Position numbers and translations under genes: made by a program. The notes under the pieces were generated by a model. It ran no database searches, had not been told where the DNA came from, and saw only the letters and a program-made list of their open reading frames with translations. A stretch of DNA of 64,000 bases. Source: Nemertoderma westbladi (Eukaryota > Animalia > Xenacoelomorpha). This document shows, piece after piece, positions 1 to 12,715 of this stretch (position 1 is the stretch's first letter; each line of letters opens with the position of its first letter). The stretch spans positions 1 through 64,000 of the forward strand of contig JAUCBJ010004420.1 in assembly GCA_032718475.1 (NCBI GenBank), given 5' to 3'.

Positions 1-2
1 TG

Positions 3-3000
3 GACTATAGAAAATTCACCGCTCGCTATACGAATCGTAATGGTACGTATATGGACTTCTTAACTACCGGCCATCCTACCGATTTACATGATACTGATGA
101 TGTAGACACCCAAAGGGAAATGGTTTTATTTAAATATCATGCCCAGCGGAATCGTAATGATAAACTGAGAATAGAACACGAGAACTCTATTCGCAACCTA
201 CTCGACAGAGAAAACGTTGAAGAACCCGATAAGCGTATCAACTTCAACGACTACTTGGAATTTTTGAGAGAAACCTATCTCAATATTGCCAGTCAACAGA
301 ACCTAGAGACTCGATATCCTCAAGGTATACATCACGATCCCATGGTAGAACTCAAACGACTCTATTTCACCATGATGTATCTTACCGCAGATCGTCCACT
401 GCCTGTTGTCCCGGACAGCTTTGAACAAATGGAAGAGTATTGCAAAACTGGAGAACGATCACCCGCGTTTCCTCTGCAGGACGTACGTCTTTGGTATTAT
501 TGTGACTCATGTCCTAGACCTAACCAGCAAACGGAAAGACATAAACATCCGCGGAGACGTTGTGCTAAACACAGTTTTACGCGTTATACTTACGGGAGTT
601 TCGAGTGAAACCTGTTCGACGTATCACCTACGATCGCCCGTCTAAAACGATCGCTAAATAAACCCATGATCAGAGTTCCAGAATACTCGGTCAGGCCTCC
701 CCATTTCCCCGTGAGACCTCAAACTCTTGATCCTAACAGTATCACTGATCCTCCCGAGTTATATTCACTGTTCAAAGATTTGGTGTTACCCGAGCAGTTA
801 ATCGGTGGTGTTCCAGCGGTAGGTTCGTTAGATATTCGACCATCCTATTTAACCGGATTGGGACACGGGCATCTAACCTCGCCATTTAATCCTTACAATC
901 GGCCAGGATTAACACCGATACAACCTGCCACGGAAGTCGAGGAGAGTGTCATCTGAAACGCTCTAGACGCCATCCGACAGAAAATCGGAAAGGGAACCCA
1001 GGATTTTCTAGAGAAACGTAAATTACAGCAGCAGGTCCAATCGGTTAAAGAGTTAGCCTTGCCGCAGTTTGATAGAGAAATCCAAAACCTCGAAGAGGAC
1101 ATCGAGCTTGGACGTACGTATTCTCTACAGGAGTTTCTAGAAGAACGCTTACAGAAACAAGCGGAGGAAAATCAACTAGAGGAGAAACATACGGAAATGG
1201 ATGAGAGAGAAGAAGCCGCTTTAGCCCAACCCGAAGCTCAGATACTCATAACCGATCTCTACTCTAAAACCGTCCGTCATCCCTCGATGGTTCCTCATTT
1301 CGGCGACAAACTTTTCGCAAAGATACAACCCCAACCGGTTGATATCAGCATAAGATCGCAAAATCTTATCGCTGACGCTCCTATGTTACAGCGTCCGCCA
1401 ATCGAGGCCGCTCGAGTTGACGGTATACTCGTTGAACCTCCGGACAATCGAGCGGATCTTGTCCGTCGTATGGTACACGATGTCAACCTACGCGCTAGAC
1501 CTTTACAGAACTCTTTTTATGGAATTAAAGACCACCCTTATTACGTTAATCTGACTCAATATTATATGGTAAAACCAGAAGATCCGACGCATAATTTAAA
1601 GTTTCTACCACTAATAAATCCTCTGGACATTGTCGAACTCGAACAATTGCAAAAAAATCTGGATCAGTTAGTAAAGGTAAACTCATTTCGAAAACCATAT
1701 AACGTTTCTCGAATAGAGAAGGATACAGAACCTCCTTATAATCTCGATGGATTTATTAAAACTCGATTAGTCCATTGGAATCTAGACGTATTATTCGAGG
1801 AGGAGAAAATACAAAGATATGGAAACGTGGAGACGTATACCACTCGATACATGAAGTATAGTGATCTCCCTGACGCTAATCAATGCGCCACCTTGTGGCA
1901 TCCGGTAGGGATGACCCTCGAGAACGCCACCAAAGAGTGGAATGAAACTCTTAATATCATTGAGATGTATGGCGTTGTTACTTACGATAACGAAGGTAGC
2001 GTTCCAATCGGAGAATTAGGAACTACGCGCATGATACACATACGCGGATTAGCTGGTTCCACTCACGTGTTTACGCGAGCGTGTTCCGACGTGATCGATT
2101 ATTCCTTTGAAACTCTCACCGAAACGCAAAAGAATCTCCGACATGGACAATTCGAACTCGCGCAGCGTTACGTCATTGACACCGAACGCAAACCGGCCAT
2201 GGGTATCGATGGATCGATGTTACCCCAGCCCGTTCTCGAAATGTTATTCAACGAAAGAATCATTAAAATCGGCTCAGCTGTTTACGGAGATCTCCAAAAC
2301 GACTTTCGGAATATGGAGAATATCCCCTATCCTTTCGTGGATACTCAGCTGATAGCTCCTTGGGCAGAAGGCCGAGGTTTCTTTCGCACCATGTATGCTA
2401 ATGCGTCTAGCAACATTACAAAGGTGCAACGAACTTCCATCGGACATCTTGCTTTTCAGGAATACGGATGGAATTTCAAGGTCGGAAATCCCATCAACTA
2501 TCAACAAGTATACGGAGACCATTATTCTCGATTATACTTTGACGGACCGTTGACCGCACCTGGCGCCGTGTATAGCTTCATGAGTGTTCCACTCCGTCCC
2601 TCCTTAGCTATCTACACGATCTTCGAAAACACCGCACTTTCCGGTTGGCTAGCCGATGTGTGCAGTCGCACTATACGCGCCCATCCATTAATCCTTGGGA
2701 CCAAACTCGCTAAGCTAGATGAACATAATAAATTCATCCGCTTTGAATGTTTCCGACGGTTTTTAACCCCGTTTCGCAACGTGGATAGCCAATTCAAAGA
2801 CCGCGCTTTGACCAAGCTCAGCTTAAGAGACTCGGCTGCGGAGAAGTTAGATAGCGCTGGATTCGCTATTTTCAAAGACATTTGTATAATAAACCTGCAC
2901 TCCTCGGTTATCCAAAGACCTCGGATCCCCACAGGTTATTCTGTCGTGGAAATTCAGACGATAGGTCCACTTGAGGAGACAGCCACGCCTACCTCAACTA

Positions 3001-4088
3001 TACAAGGGGAAGACGAACCCATATGTTTAGAATCTGAAGAGATTCAGCCCCCCACGTCTCGGAGTAGCGATAGCGACTACATATTGGAATGGTATCAAGG
3101 TCCACAGTGTCTTACTGCGTATGATTATCGCCATGCCAATTATGTTTCTAGACAACGTTGTCGGCTGTGCGCATCGAGAGACCATATTACGTCTATGGAC
3201 ACCAACGATCTCTGTTCCTATTTCCACGAGCAACCGTCGATGGAAATCTATTGTGCATATTGTCGGCTTAATAATTTGCACATTTTTGCTGTCTGCCCCC
3301 AATTTATGACTCAATGCCATCATTGTCAATTAAAAGGACACGCCAGCTTTGATTGTCCCTTTAATCATGATTTAGAGAGCGTAGATGAAATGATTGTACT
3401 ACGTTATATCAGAGCTTGGGAAGCGAACGCTGATTTACATTGTGATTCACGCCATCGCTATTACCCTGGACGCGCTTACGAAGGAGTTTATGCGTTCCAT
3501 CCTTATTTGTTTGCCTCCGTCGAGCAGAAATCACGCCTATCAAGTTATGAACTATTGAAGCGCGTTGGAGAATGTATTTCAACTAAATATGTACGCAAAT
3601 TCCTCAGGAGCATTAATCCGAGTGACATCCATTCTTACAACTTAATAAACTTTATCCGTCAAGACCCTGCCTATGGAGACTTATTTGTCAACTCACACCC
3701 CGAGTTACAGGAAGTATATCGACGGCCTTACGAGTATCGAGCCCGCGAACGCGAGTTGGAAAGAACCATTAAACCAAGGAAGTTTCTAACTACCTATGGT
3801 CCACCCACGGCCCTCGTGCAGACCACTCGTACAGGACCCGTAAGAGCGGCTGTCTTGAAACGAGCTCTCAAAGCCGTTAGACCCCTCTCCCCGGACGTTG
3901 ATGTCAATCAACCCGGTACTTCGACCGGCGGATATACCGATCGTAATCCCATACCTTCTGATGCAATCATATTGCACCCTTCACCCAGGAGTTATAGCCC
4001 TCCTCGTAAAGTGGCTCGCCCCAAAGAGAAAAGGACTCTTGCTAGCTTTAAAAAACTGCGTAAACGCCGTCCGCGCAAGAAAGACTAA
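3..4088 (+). CDS. Retrotransposon accessory protein: Cys/His N-terminal domain, coiled coil, DEDDy (WRN/Mut-7/RNase D-like) 3'-5' exonuclease, zinc knuckles, basic tail; broken by two in-frame TGA
   Basis: Track ORFs 51-608, 666-956 and 1059-4088 share one frame that is open from position 3 and interrupted only by TGA at 606-608 and 954-956. Motifs: VVTYDNEG (ExoI), LFNERIIKIGSAVYGDL/FVDTQ (ExoII), PLRPSLAIYTIFE (ExoIII-like), CAYC-X5-H-X4-C and CHHC-X4-H-X4-C. Confidence 0.7.
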
Positions 4089-4166
4089 CTGTTTAGAGTA
4101 TTTTTATATTTTAGAAACTGTGATTTTGTATATTTTATAGACTTAAATCCCATTTTCTGGGAGCGG

Positions 4167-5378
4167 TGTAAAAGCTTTTGTGGGATAACTGATACGTTTG
4201 CCTTTGCTGGCCAGTTCCCCCCCGGTCGCTAGAATACTCTAAAAGGGAGCTATAGGTAAAATAGTGCAAGCTACCAGCTTATTGGCTGATGGGCTGTACG
4301 AGAGTATCTGGGTTCTGTTCGATCGGCGGCCAACCAGCTTAGGGAGGTTGCCTTAGCCTTGCTGTCCGTATCGGCCAATAGAATTTGAGTGGGCGTTGAT
4401 TTTGACCTATCCCAGAGCTACTGAACTGAATTTCCTATCTGTATGCTCATCCTCTGTGTTGGACGGGAGCTTCGGGGAATAAGGGTAGTTGGTATCCTCG
4501 TATAGTCAAGTAGTCATATGATTTTATATGATTCTGTTGTTGTGTTCCCATTTTCGCCATAACACCGGCTTTTTGGGAAGAACTCTAGTAAAACTGCTTA
4601 AATTATCGAAAGTATAAACTGTTATTTAATCAACTAATCAACTAATCAATCAATCTTATCTGATCTAATTAACTCACTATTAATCATATTGTTTGTACTG
4701 TTATTTACCGTCAGTTATTAATTGTATCTATTTGTTGATGGAAATATTGCTCTTTGGAGAATACTGATAAATCACCCAAATTTCCCAATTTTCTTGATAC
4801 ACTACAGGTTAGAGAGACAGGCTATATATAACAATTGCGATTTATATTAATGTGGTGTGTATTGAATCTAATGTTATTTAGCAGACCCTACATGAGTCAA
4901 TTGCTGCTCTCTTTATATGTGATCAAATTTACTGACGGTCGGCAGAATAGTGTGCATGATTGTGATTGGTAACAAAGCATTTCCTAAAGAATGCGCTTTA
5001 TACTTTAATCATAAGCAGTATCGTTGCGTTTAGTATAAGTCCTAGTTCTGTTTAAATAGATAAAGCGCCACGTCCTAAAGGAACTGTTAATATTTCCCGA
5101 AAGCCAATAATATCTGTCAGAAATTAATTAATAACGATCAATCGAATAATACAGTAAGTTTACACTGCAACCTTACACTGCAATAATAAAATTTAAGCAG
5201 CCGAATTCAGCCTCCCGGGTGTAGATCCATCGGGTGAATGATCGCGCATGGGCTGACTTCGGGTAATGTTTTGTTTATTAGCATAAAATATTGTCGTATG
5301 CTAAAGGTGTTTTAATTAACTAAAAGACATATAAATTTTGGCAGGTTAAACTGCTAAAGATCTTCAAAAGCGCGAACA
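4167..5378 (+). repeat. 3' LTR of element A (~1.2 kb, same family as Z)
   Basis: Starts TGTAAAAGC directly after the PPT and ends CGCGAACA; colinear with the reverse complement of 25453-26712. Confidence 0.85.
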
Positions 5379-5427
5379 ACAACCTTTTTCCAATTAGCTA
5401 CTGGGACTGGGGACTAATTGACTAGGG
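5379..5427 (+). mobile_element. 49-bp remnant of a B/D-family 3' UTR trapped between two LTRs
   Basis: ACAACCTTTTTCCAATTAGCTACTGGGACTGGGGACTAATTGACTAG recurs at ~43665-43710 (+) and ~56210-56256 (-). Confidence 0.75.
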
Positions 5428-7747
5428 TGTAAGGGTCCAGTAGTATACCGCTTACCAGATCCTAGTAACGATGTATCTTACTATGAGACTCTAGTAATGT
5501 ATACGGGCTTGTACAGTATCTGACAACAAATCCCAGTCCAGGATATCTAAACAAACAGATACAATACACAAACGACTACTGGCGAGGAACAGAGCCTAGT
5601 ATCTATTCTATGTACGTGAGCGGGTCTAATGCCTACGTACTAGACAAAAGGATACCTGTCCTCTAACCGGTGAGGCAGATGTACAGTTACAGTAACAGAC
5701 CAAACTCATGGGAAAACAATCCCCGCGCAGCGAATCCTAACTATCACTGACAGTCCTAAATACAGTAACTTGCCGCGGTGTGATTTATATGGTTTATATA
5801 CGAGCTAGTGGGTTAACAGACCTAGCGTAACAACACTGATTCAGTCCTAAATCAGTCGAAAAGGGGTCGTGCCTAAATGTAACGATAACTGATCCCCCTG
5901 TACGAAATCAGTCTAAAGGGTCAAGCCTAAATGTAACAATACTGCTGGACAGAAAACAACAGTTTAATAACGAAAGTGAAATACTCCTTATTGCCGCAAC
6001 TAAATCAGATCCTAATTTTACAAATACAGATAATTTCTGCCTAAAGTAATGTATAGTGCGCTATAGCTAGTAGAACTCTAAGGGCGATATGTTTTAGGGC
6101 GTGTGTGTGTGGGTGTGTTACAAAAAAAACAATTTCGTGTATTTCCTTTTACTAGGTTTTAGTGATTTTCTGACTAAATGATACCGTGCGCTAGCTACTA
6201 AAATAAACTAGTCGCGTTTGTAGAACTTTATACTCACAAATGACGTCAAAGCTCTCTCCTTCCTATCCACAACCCAATGGGCAACCACGGTGTTAGTAAC
6301 TACACCCGTGATCGGCACTAATACCAGATTCTGGTTGTAAGATAAGAAATAGGGGTTAATCGCTACCGTACGTTAGCTGATCTGGTATACTAATTTAATT
6401 CTAGAACTTTGTTGCCGCGGTAGTTAGCAGCAATACCTATCAGTACGTGGCAAGGCGCGGTAGGATATTAATAAACCTCCCTAGGCCAAGCAGTGTGCCG
6501 GTAGCAGAAATACTCCTTGCCTGATCAAATAGCTAACTCCAGACAGGGGGGGGGGGGGGTACTAATGTACGTTCTACAAAGCGAACCGGTACCAAACAGT
6601 CAGTGCTATGAATCACTAAATTATGGAACATATGCTGTCCGTACCTAATATGTACTCACGTACTGACGAATGGCAATAGTTCGCACCTATAGGAAGTACA
6701 GGTTAACCCAGGGATTCGTAGGACTGACAAGGGGGGGGGGGGGGGTGTTTCTGTCTGAATATAATTATTTGATCCTAAATTTGCGGCGTCCAGTACGGCG
6801 TCACGCTTACCCTGATCTATAGGTCTTACGGCGGGCAAGGGCGTCGAACAAAGTCTTACCTTCTCACAAAGCGGGCGCTGCATGGCAAGTGGAGTATTTC
6901 GAAGGGCAAAGGGGGTGCGCGGTCAATCCAATGTGGGCGCTAGCGTGTTGTGGACATCTCTTCCCTGTGTTGCTTACGGCCTAACGGTCTAGGCTGTCAT
7001 CTCCCTGATGTTTGGCTGTCCCAAAGTTGGACCAAAGGAAAACATGTTCAGGAATTTGCAGTATATTTACAGTTTTACAAAGGATTTATCAAAACGAAGT
7101 TTCAACAAGAAACCGAATTTAACTAATAAAAGTGGTAAGAAGGGTAACAGAAGTGAATAACGAAGTGAATAACGTAGTGAATAACGTAGTGAATAACGTT
7201 AGGTGAAGAGTGATAACCGAAGGCAAACCGGCCTTTTATACTAAATATCGCACATGGAAACTAAACAGAATTTTCCACAGCTTCACATTTGAGCAATAAA
7301 GTGCTTCGTGCCCTATGATTGGCCCAGCTCATCGTTCAACGCAGTCCGGCCCTTACACTAATCTGGGACATGGAATCCTAACAGAATTTTGCACTGCCTC
7401 ACATTTGAGCAATAAGATAATTTATGCCGTATGATTGGCCTGGCTCATCATTCGCTACGTTGTACGCTTCTCATTGGCCTACCAATTAGCACCAAATGAA
7501 AATAAATGGCTCCAAAATACAAATTTCCCGACTGGGATTCGAACTCGTAACCTATGTAATGTAACCAACGCCTTAACCATCTGACCACTACGCCACGAGA
7601 GTACCTAAGGGTTTTATGTGTACAAATATGAATAGGCATATTACATTACTGTAACTTAATCAAAATACGTCGGATTTTCGAAAGTTTTTACAGTTTAAAG
7701 TTTAAAGTTAAACTACAAATGCTACCTTATAGTGAAATAATTCATCA
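5428..7747 (-). mobile_element. 3' LTR of element X (~2.3 kb, related to LTR Y); internal region lost except the PPT area
   Basis: Minus strand reads PPT TTTTCATGGAGCGG, then TGATG...CCTTACA. Shares blocks with LTR Y (CCGGTGAGGCAG, CCCGCGCAGCGAATCCTAA, TGCCGCGGTGTGATTTATATGGTT, TATA, tRNA-like cassette). Confidence 0.8.
7526..7594 (-). promoter_or_regulatory. tRNA-like Pol III A/B-box cassette in U3 of LTR X
   Basis: Minus: GGCGTAGTGGTCAGATGGTTAAGGCG...GAGTTCGAATCCCAG; no proper acceptor or anticodon stems. Confidence 0.6.
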
Positions 7748-7984
7748 CCGCTCCATGAAAACAGTAAGTAAGACTGTTTTCACCAATCGAAATGCTGTTA
7801 TTTGTGCAGTACATGACAACTGTTTGGTTCAATCCGAGATATACAAATTATACCGTCGTTTACAGATTAATTAACTTTCAAACTGTACATTGTTATTGTA
7901 TTTTATAATGTGTATTTATATATTGTGCCATCATAATTTTTTACTATGTTCAATCTTGAATGAATAAAAAGAGATTTATATTTA

Positions 7985-9112
7985 TATAGTAATCAACCAC
8001 GAACTAAGTGCCAAGGAGTAAGTATCTTGAATTGATAATAGATGGATTAATCGATCGATAGATTGGTGTAATGGAGTATCACATTTTTGTAATACATACC
8101 AACCTGTAGTTTGGAGTGTTGAAGTTGTTGGAGTGGCCGTAGGAGTACCTGTATTAAAACAAAATAATTGTAATGACATTAGTAAACAACCACGAACTAA
8201 GTGCCAAGGAGTAAGTATCTTGAATTGATAATATATTAATTAATCGATCGATATATTGGTGTAATGGAGTATCATATTTTTGTAATACATACCAACCTGT
8301 AGTTTGGAGTGTTGAAGTTGTTGGAGTGGTCGTAGGACTACCTGTATTAAAACAAAATAATTGTAATGTCATTAGTAATCAACCACGAACTAAGTGCCAA
8401 GGAGTAAGTATCTTGAATTGATAATATATTAATTAATCGATCGATATATTGGTGTAATGGAGTATCATATTTTTGTAATACATACCAACCTGTAGTTTGG
8501 AGTGTTGAAGTTGTTGGAGTGGTCGTAGGACTACCTGTATTAAAACAAAATAATTGTAATGACATTAGTAATCAACCACGAACTAAGTGCCAAGGAGTAA
8601 GTATCTTGAATTGATAATATATTAATTAATCGATCGATATATTGGTGTAATGGAGTATCATATTTTTGTAATACATACCAACCTGTAGTTTGGAGTGTTG
8701 AAGTTGTTGGAGTGGTCGTAGGACTACCTGTATTAAAACAAAATAATTGTAATGTCATTAGTAATCAACCACGAACTAAGTGCCAAGGAGTAAGTATCTT
8801 GAATTGATAATATATTAATTAATCGATCGATATATTGGTGTAATGGAGTATCATATTTTTGTAATACATACCAACCTGTAGTTTGGAGTGTTGAAGTTGT
8901 TGGAGTGGTCGTAGGACTACCTGTATTAAAACAAATAATTGTAAAGACATTAGTAATCAACCACGAACTAAGTGCCAAGGAGTAAGTATCTTGAATTGAT
9001 AATATATTAATTAATCGATCGATATATTGGTGTAATGGAGTATCATATTTTTGTATACCAACCTGTAGTTTGGAGTGTTGAAGTTGCTGGAGTGGTCGTA
9101 GGACTACCTGTA
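7985..9112. repeat. 193-bp tandem array (~5.9 copies), each unit a candidate micro-exon plus intron
   Basis: Near-identical units at 193-bp period. Confidence 0.95.
8104..9107 (-). CDS. Six candidate 45-nt phase-1 exons encoding mucin-like GSPTTTPTTSTLQTT (9063-9107, 8876-8920, 8683-8727, 8490-8534, 8297-8341, 8104-8148)
   Basis: Each is flanked on the minus strand by TTTT..ATACAG and GTTGGT; length is a multiple of 3; same strand and phase as the EGF exons. Confidence 0.6.
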
Positions 9113-9177
9113 TGAAAACATTGAAATTTTAATGGTATTAGAAATTGAAATAAAATATAGTCATAATATAGTCATAT

Positions 9178-10945
9178 ACACCATGGGTGCTCTTCCACAG
9201 TAAACCCTTCCCCTCTGTTTCCTAAAGGAATGCCTGTTCACCACCATGGGTGATCTTCCACAGTAAACACTTCCACTCTGTTTCCTAAAGGAATGCCTGT
9301 TCACCACCATGGGTGCTCTTCCACAGTAAACCCTTCCACTCGGTTTCTTAAAGGAATGCCTGTTCACCACCATGGGTGCTCTTCCACAGTAAACCCTTCC
9401 CCTCTGTTTCCTAAAGGAATGCCTGTTCACCACCATGGGTGATCTTCCACAGTAAACACTTCCCCTCTGTTTCCTAAAGAATGCCTGTTCACCACCATGG
9501 GTGATCTTCCACAGTAAACACTTCCCCTCTGTTTCCTAAAGAATGCCTGTTCACCACCATGGGTGATCTTCCACAGTAAACCCTTCCACTCTGTTTCCTA
9601 ATGGAATGCCTGTTCACCACCATGGGTGCTCTTCCACAGTAAACCCTTCCACTCTGTTTCCTAAAGGAATGCCTGTTCACCACCATGGGTGCTCTTCCAC
9701 AGTAAACACTTCCACTCGGTTTCCTAAAGGAATGCCTGTTCACCACCATGGGTGCTCTTCCACAGTAAACCCTTCCACTCTGTTTCCTAAAGGAATGCCT
9801 GTTCACCACCATGGGTGCTCTTCCACAGTAAACCCTTCCACTCTGTTTCCTAAAGGAATGCCTGTTCACCACCATGGGTGCTCTTCCACAGTAAACCCTT
9901 CCACTCGGTTTCCTAAAGGAATGCCTGTTCACCACCATGGGTGCTTTTCCACAGTAAACCCTTCCCCTCTGTTTCCTAAAGGAATGCCTGTTCACCACCA
10001 TGGGTGCTCTTCCACAGTAAACCCTTCCACTCGGTTTCCTAAAGGAATGCCTGTTCACCACCATGGGTGATCTTCCACAGTAAACCCTTCCACTCTGTTT
10101 CCTAAAGGAATGCCTGTTCACCACCATGGGTGCTCTTCCACAGTAAACCCTTCCACTCTGTTTCCTAAAGGAATGCCTGTTCACCACCATGGGAGATCTT
10201 CCACAGTAAACCCTTCCACTCTGTTTCTTAAAGGAATGCCTGTTCACCACCATGGGTGCTCTTCCACAGTAAACCCTTCCACTCTGTTTCCTAAAGGAAT
10301 GCCTGTTCACCAACATGGGTGATCTTCACAGTAAACCCTTCCACTCTGTTTCCTAAAGGAATGCCTGTTCACCACCATGGGTGATCTTAAACAGTAAACC
10401 CTTCCACTCTGTTTCTTAAAGGAATGCCTGTTCACCACCATGGGTGATCTTCCACAGTAAACCCTTCCACTCTGTTTCCTAAAGGAATGCCTGTTCACCA
10501 ACATGGGTGATCTTCACAGTAAACCCTTCCACTCTGTTTCCTAAAGGAATGCCTGTTCACCAACATGGGTGATCTTCACAGTAAACCCTTCCACTCTGTT
10601 TCCTAAAGGAATGCCTGTTCACCACCATGGGTGATCTTAAACAGTAAACCCTTCCACTCTGTTTCTTAAAGGAATGCCTGTTCACCACCATGGGTGATCT
10701 TCCACAGTAAAACCTTCCATTCTGTGTCCTAAAGGAATGCATGTTCACCACCATGGGTGATCTTCCACAGTAAACCCTTGCACTCTGTTTCCTAAAGGAA
10801 TGCCTGTTCACCACCATGGGTGATCTTCCACAGTAAAACCTTCCATTCTGTGTCCTAAAGGAATGCCTGTTCACAACCATGGATGATATTCCACAGTAAA
10901 CCTTTCACTCTGTTTCCTAAAGGAATGCCTGTTCACCGCCATGGT
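9178..10945. repeat. 63-bp minisatellite (~28 copies)
   Basis: Unit CCATGGGTGCTCTTCCACAGTAAACCCTTCCACTCTGTTTCCTAAAGGAATGCCTGTTCACCA. Confidence 0.95.
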
Positions 10946-11215
10946 GTTTTTAAAATATTCAATGGTTTTATTTCACTAGAATCTAATAATTTATTTGTAA
11001 ATGTAAGTGCATCTTCATTAAGACTGAGGGACCACCCTTACAAATTGCAGCAGGGACATTGCAGAACTATTGCGGTGCAGAACTCCTTTCCAAATCGTGT
11101 TGTGCCTGTTTGGAACAATCTACCTTACGTTGCAGTAACTGCCCCCTCAGTTGAATTGTTCAAACGGCATATTTATGTGTGCGATTTTAACAATTGGACT
11201 AAATTTGACCGCAAT
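10943..11215 (+). mobile_element. 3' fragment of a CR1/L2-group LINE ORF2
   Basis: VFKIFNGF...LRDHPYKL...NSFPNRVVPVWNNLP...APSVELFKRHI resembles the typical CR1-type C-terminus. Confidence 0.75.
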
Positions 11216-11828
11216 TTACAAGTGACCCGAGATACCGTAGCTAGCAAGTTTAGCCAAAAGTTAACAGTGAACGACAGAATCAAACGCCTTGGCGAAATCT
11301 ATGTATATAACGTCTATAGAGCTGCGACTGTAAAGGGTGTCGTCGCGTCTTACGGCTAATTGTCGCGTTACGGCTAATATATTGTCTTGGTTTTACATAG
11401 GGAATCATTATCAATATTAATTATTCTATGGTGTTTACGTACAGATGAGGTCCGAAAAATCTAATGTACTGTAATAATGTTTTACAGCATGGGGTCTCCG
11501 GGGGGGGGGGGGGGGGGGGGGGGGGAATTTTACCATCTTTCATACTGTATGTTCTTCGACAACCTCACATTCAATTTAATATTGTATTCTATGGTATTCT
11601 TTGTCACAGCCTCAAGCACAGGTACGGATTACAGACAATAATAGCAGCCAAAGAAGCAATACATGGTTTTCCACATATTCCATTACTTCATATCGATGTT
11701 CTTATCGATGATGTCGCTACCTAGACCATATGGCGTTCTGTTTGGGCACTGGCAAGCAGGCAATGGCTGTCCTTCCGGCCGCTGATCACCCAGTTGAAAG
11801 TCCAGCTGCATTGGGAGGGGGTGTTGAT

Positions 11829-12389
11829 TGTTAGCGAATTCAATTCCGCTAACCACCCCATAAAGTTGGCTTTAAGCAATATTGGGAGTACGAGGTTGAT
11901 TGCCAATCAACCTCATATCACCCCAATAAGCGGGGATGACAAACCCCAAAGGAACACACACAATGGGGGTCAGAGGTTATACCTCCGAGAGAGAGAATGA
12001 CAGTAGAAAGGGGAAAACACTCCCAGAGAGATGGGAGGGCGAGAATTAGGTTATCAGCCAATGGGGGGCAGGCATCCGCTGAGTAATATGGCCAAACCAG
12101 AGCAGTATATTACCGGTTGGTGTTTATTCATTCAATCACTTAGTTAGTCAGTTCAGTTAGGGTAGAACGGTAACTTTGTTACCGTCCGCTACCGTCACCA
12201 TCACTAACTGCTTTACCGGTATTCATTCACTTATGATTCAACAACTGTGTCTTTAGTTATCTATACTTTATTCTATTATTGTATTCTCCTATCATTATAT
12301 CAACAACATCAGAACTCTTTTCACACACGGCGGGGGACGTGTAAACAAAACAACCTAACAACCGGTCGGGATTCCCGGATCCCGTCACA
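11829..12389 (+). repeat. 5' LTR of B
   Basis: TG...CA; CCAAT boxes, TATA-like GTATATT at ~12104, TCAGTT initiator-like motif at ~12148; homologous to 44192-44754. Confidence 0.9.
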
Positions 12390-12715
12390 GTAACAAAAGC
12401 CAACAGCCCGAACTGACTGCCAGCCACCGATCCACCGATAAGTCAAGGATGAGTCAAGAAAGAGAGACGACACCGCCGCGGACTCCGGACGGCGACCTAA
12501 CGATCCGCGAGGCCGCGACGCGACGGTATCGACCCACGACGCCGGATCTGTCGACCATAGACGATCCGGCAATCCAAACAGAAGGGGGCCGTCTACAATG
12601 AGAGAGTGAGTCGAGAGAGGATAGAGACGAGTCGACACATGACGGCGGTCGACGTACCGATGTCGCCGGCCAGCCACAGGCCGAGGGCGACGGACGACCC
12701 ACCGGAACGGCGACA

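Larger units (their letters stand above)
1..5378 (+). mobile_element. 3' part of LTR retrotransposon A (accessory ORF, PPT, 3' LTR); BEL/Pao by association
   Basis: Long ORF followed by purine tract TTTTCTGGGAGCGG and a TG...CA LTR homologous to LTR Z (25453-26712). The ORF N-terminus is homologous to the post-pol ORFs of BEL elements Y and E. Confidence 0.8.

Noticed and set aside
5389-5425. Helitron 3' end (hairpin plus CTAG)
   Set aside because: The same sequence is internal to the B and D 3' UTRs and similarity continues past CTAG.
9161-10880. Repetitive ORFs (MVVNRHSFRKQSGRVYCGRAP and MPVHHHGCSS...)
   Set aside because: By-products of a 63-bp unit; open on both strands and broken by 1-bp indels.
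7985-10945. CRISPR-like arrays (also 61035-62285)
   Set aside because: Head-to-tail repeats with no unique spacers and no cas genes, in eukaryotic context.
11441-11460. Hammerhead ribozyme core (CAGATGAG..GAAA)
   Set aside because: Core deviates from CTGANGA and the flanking helices cannot be formed.
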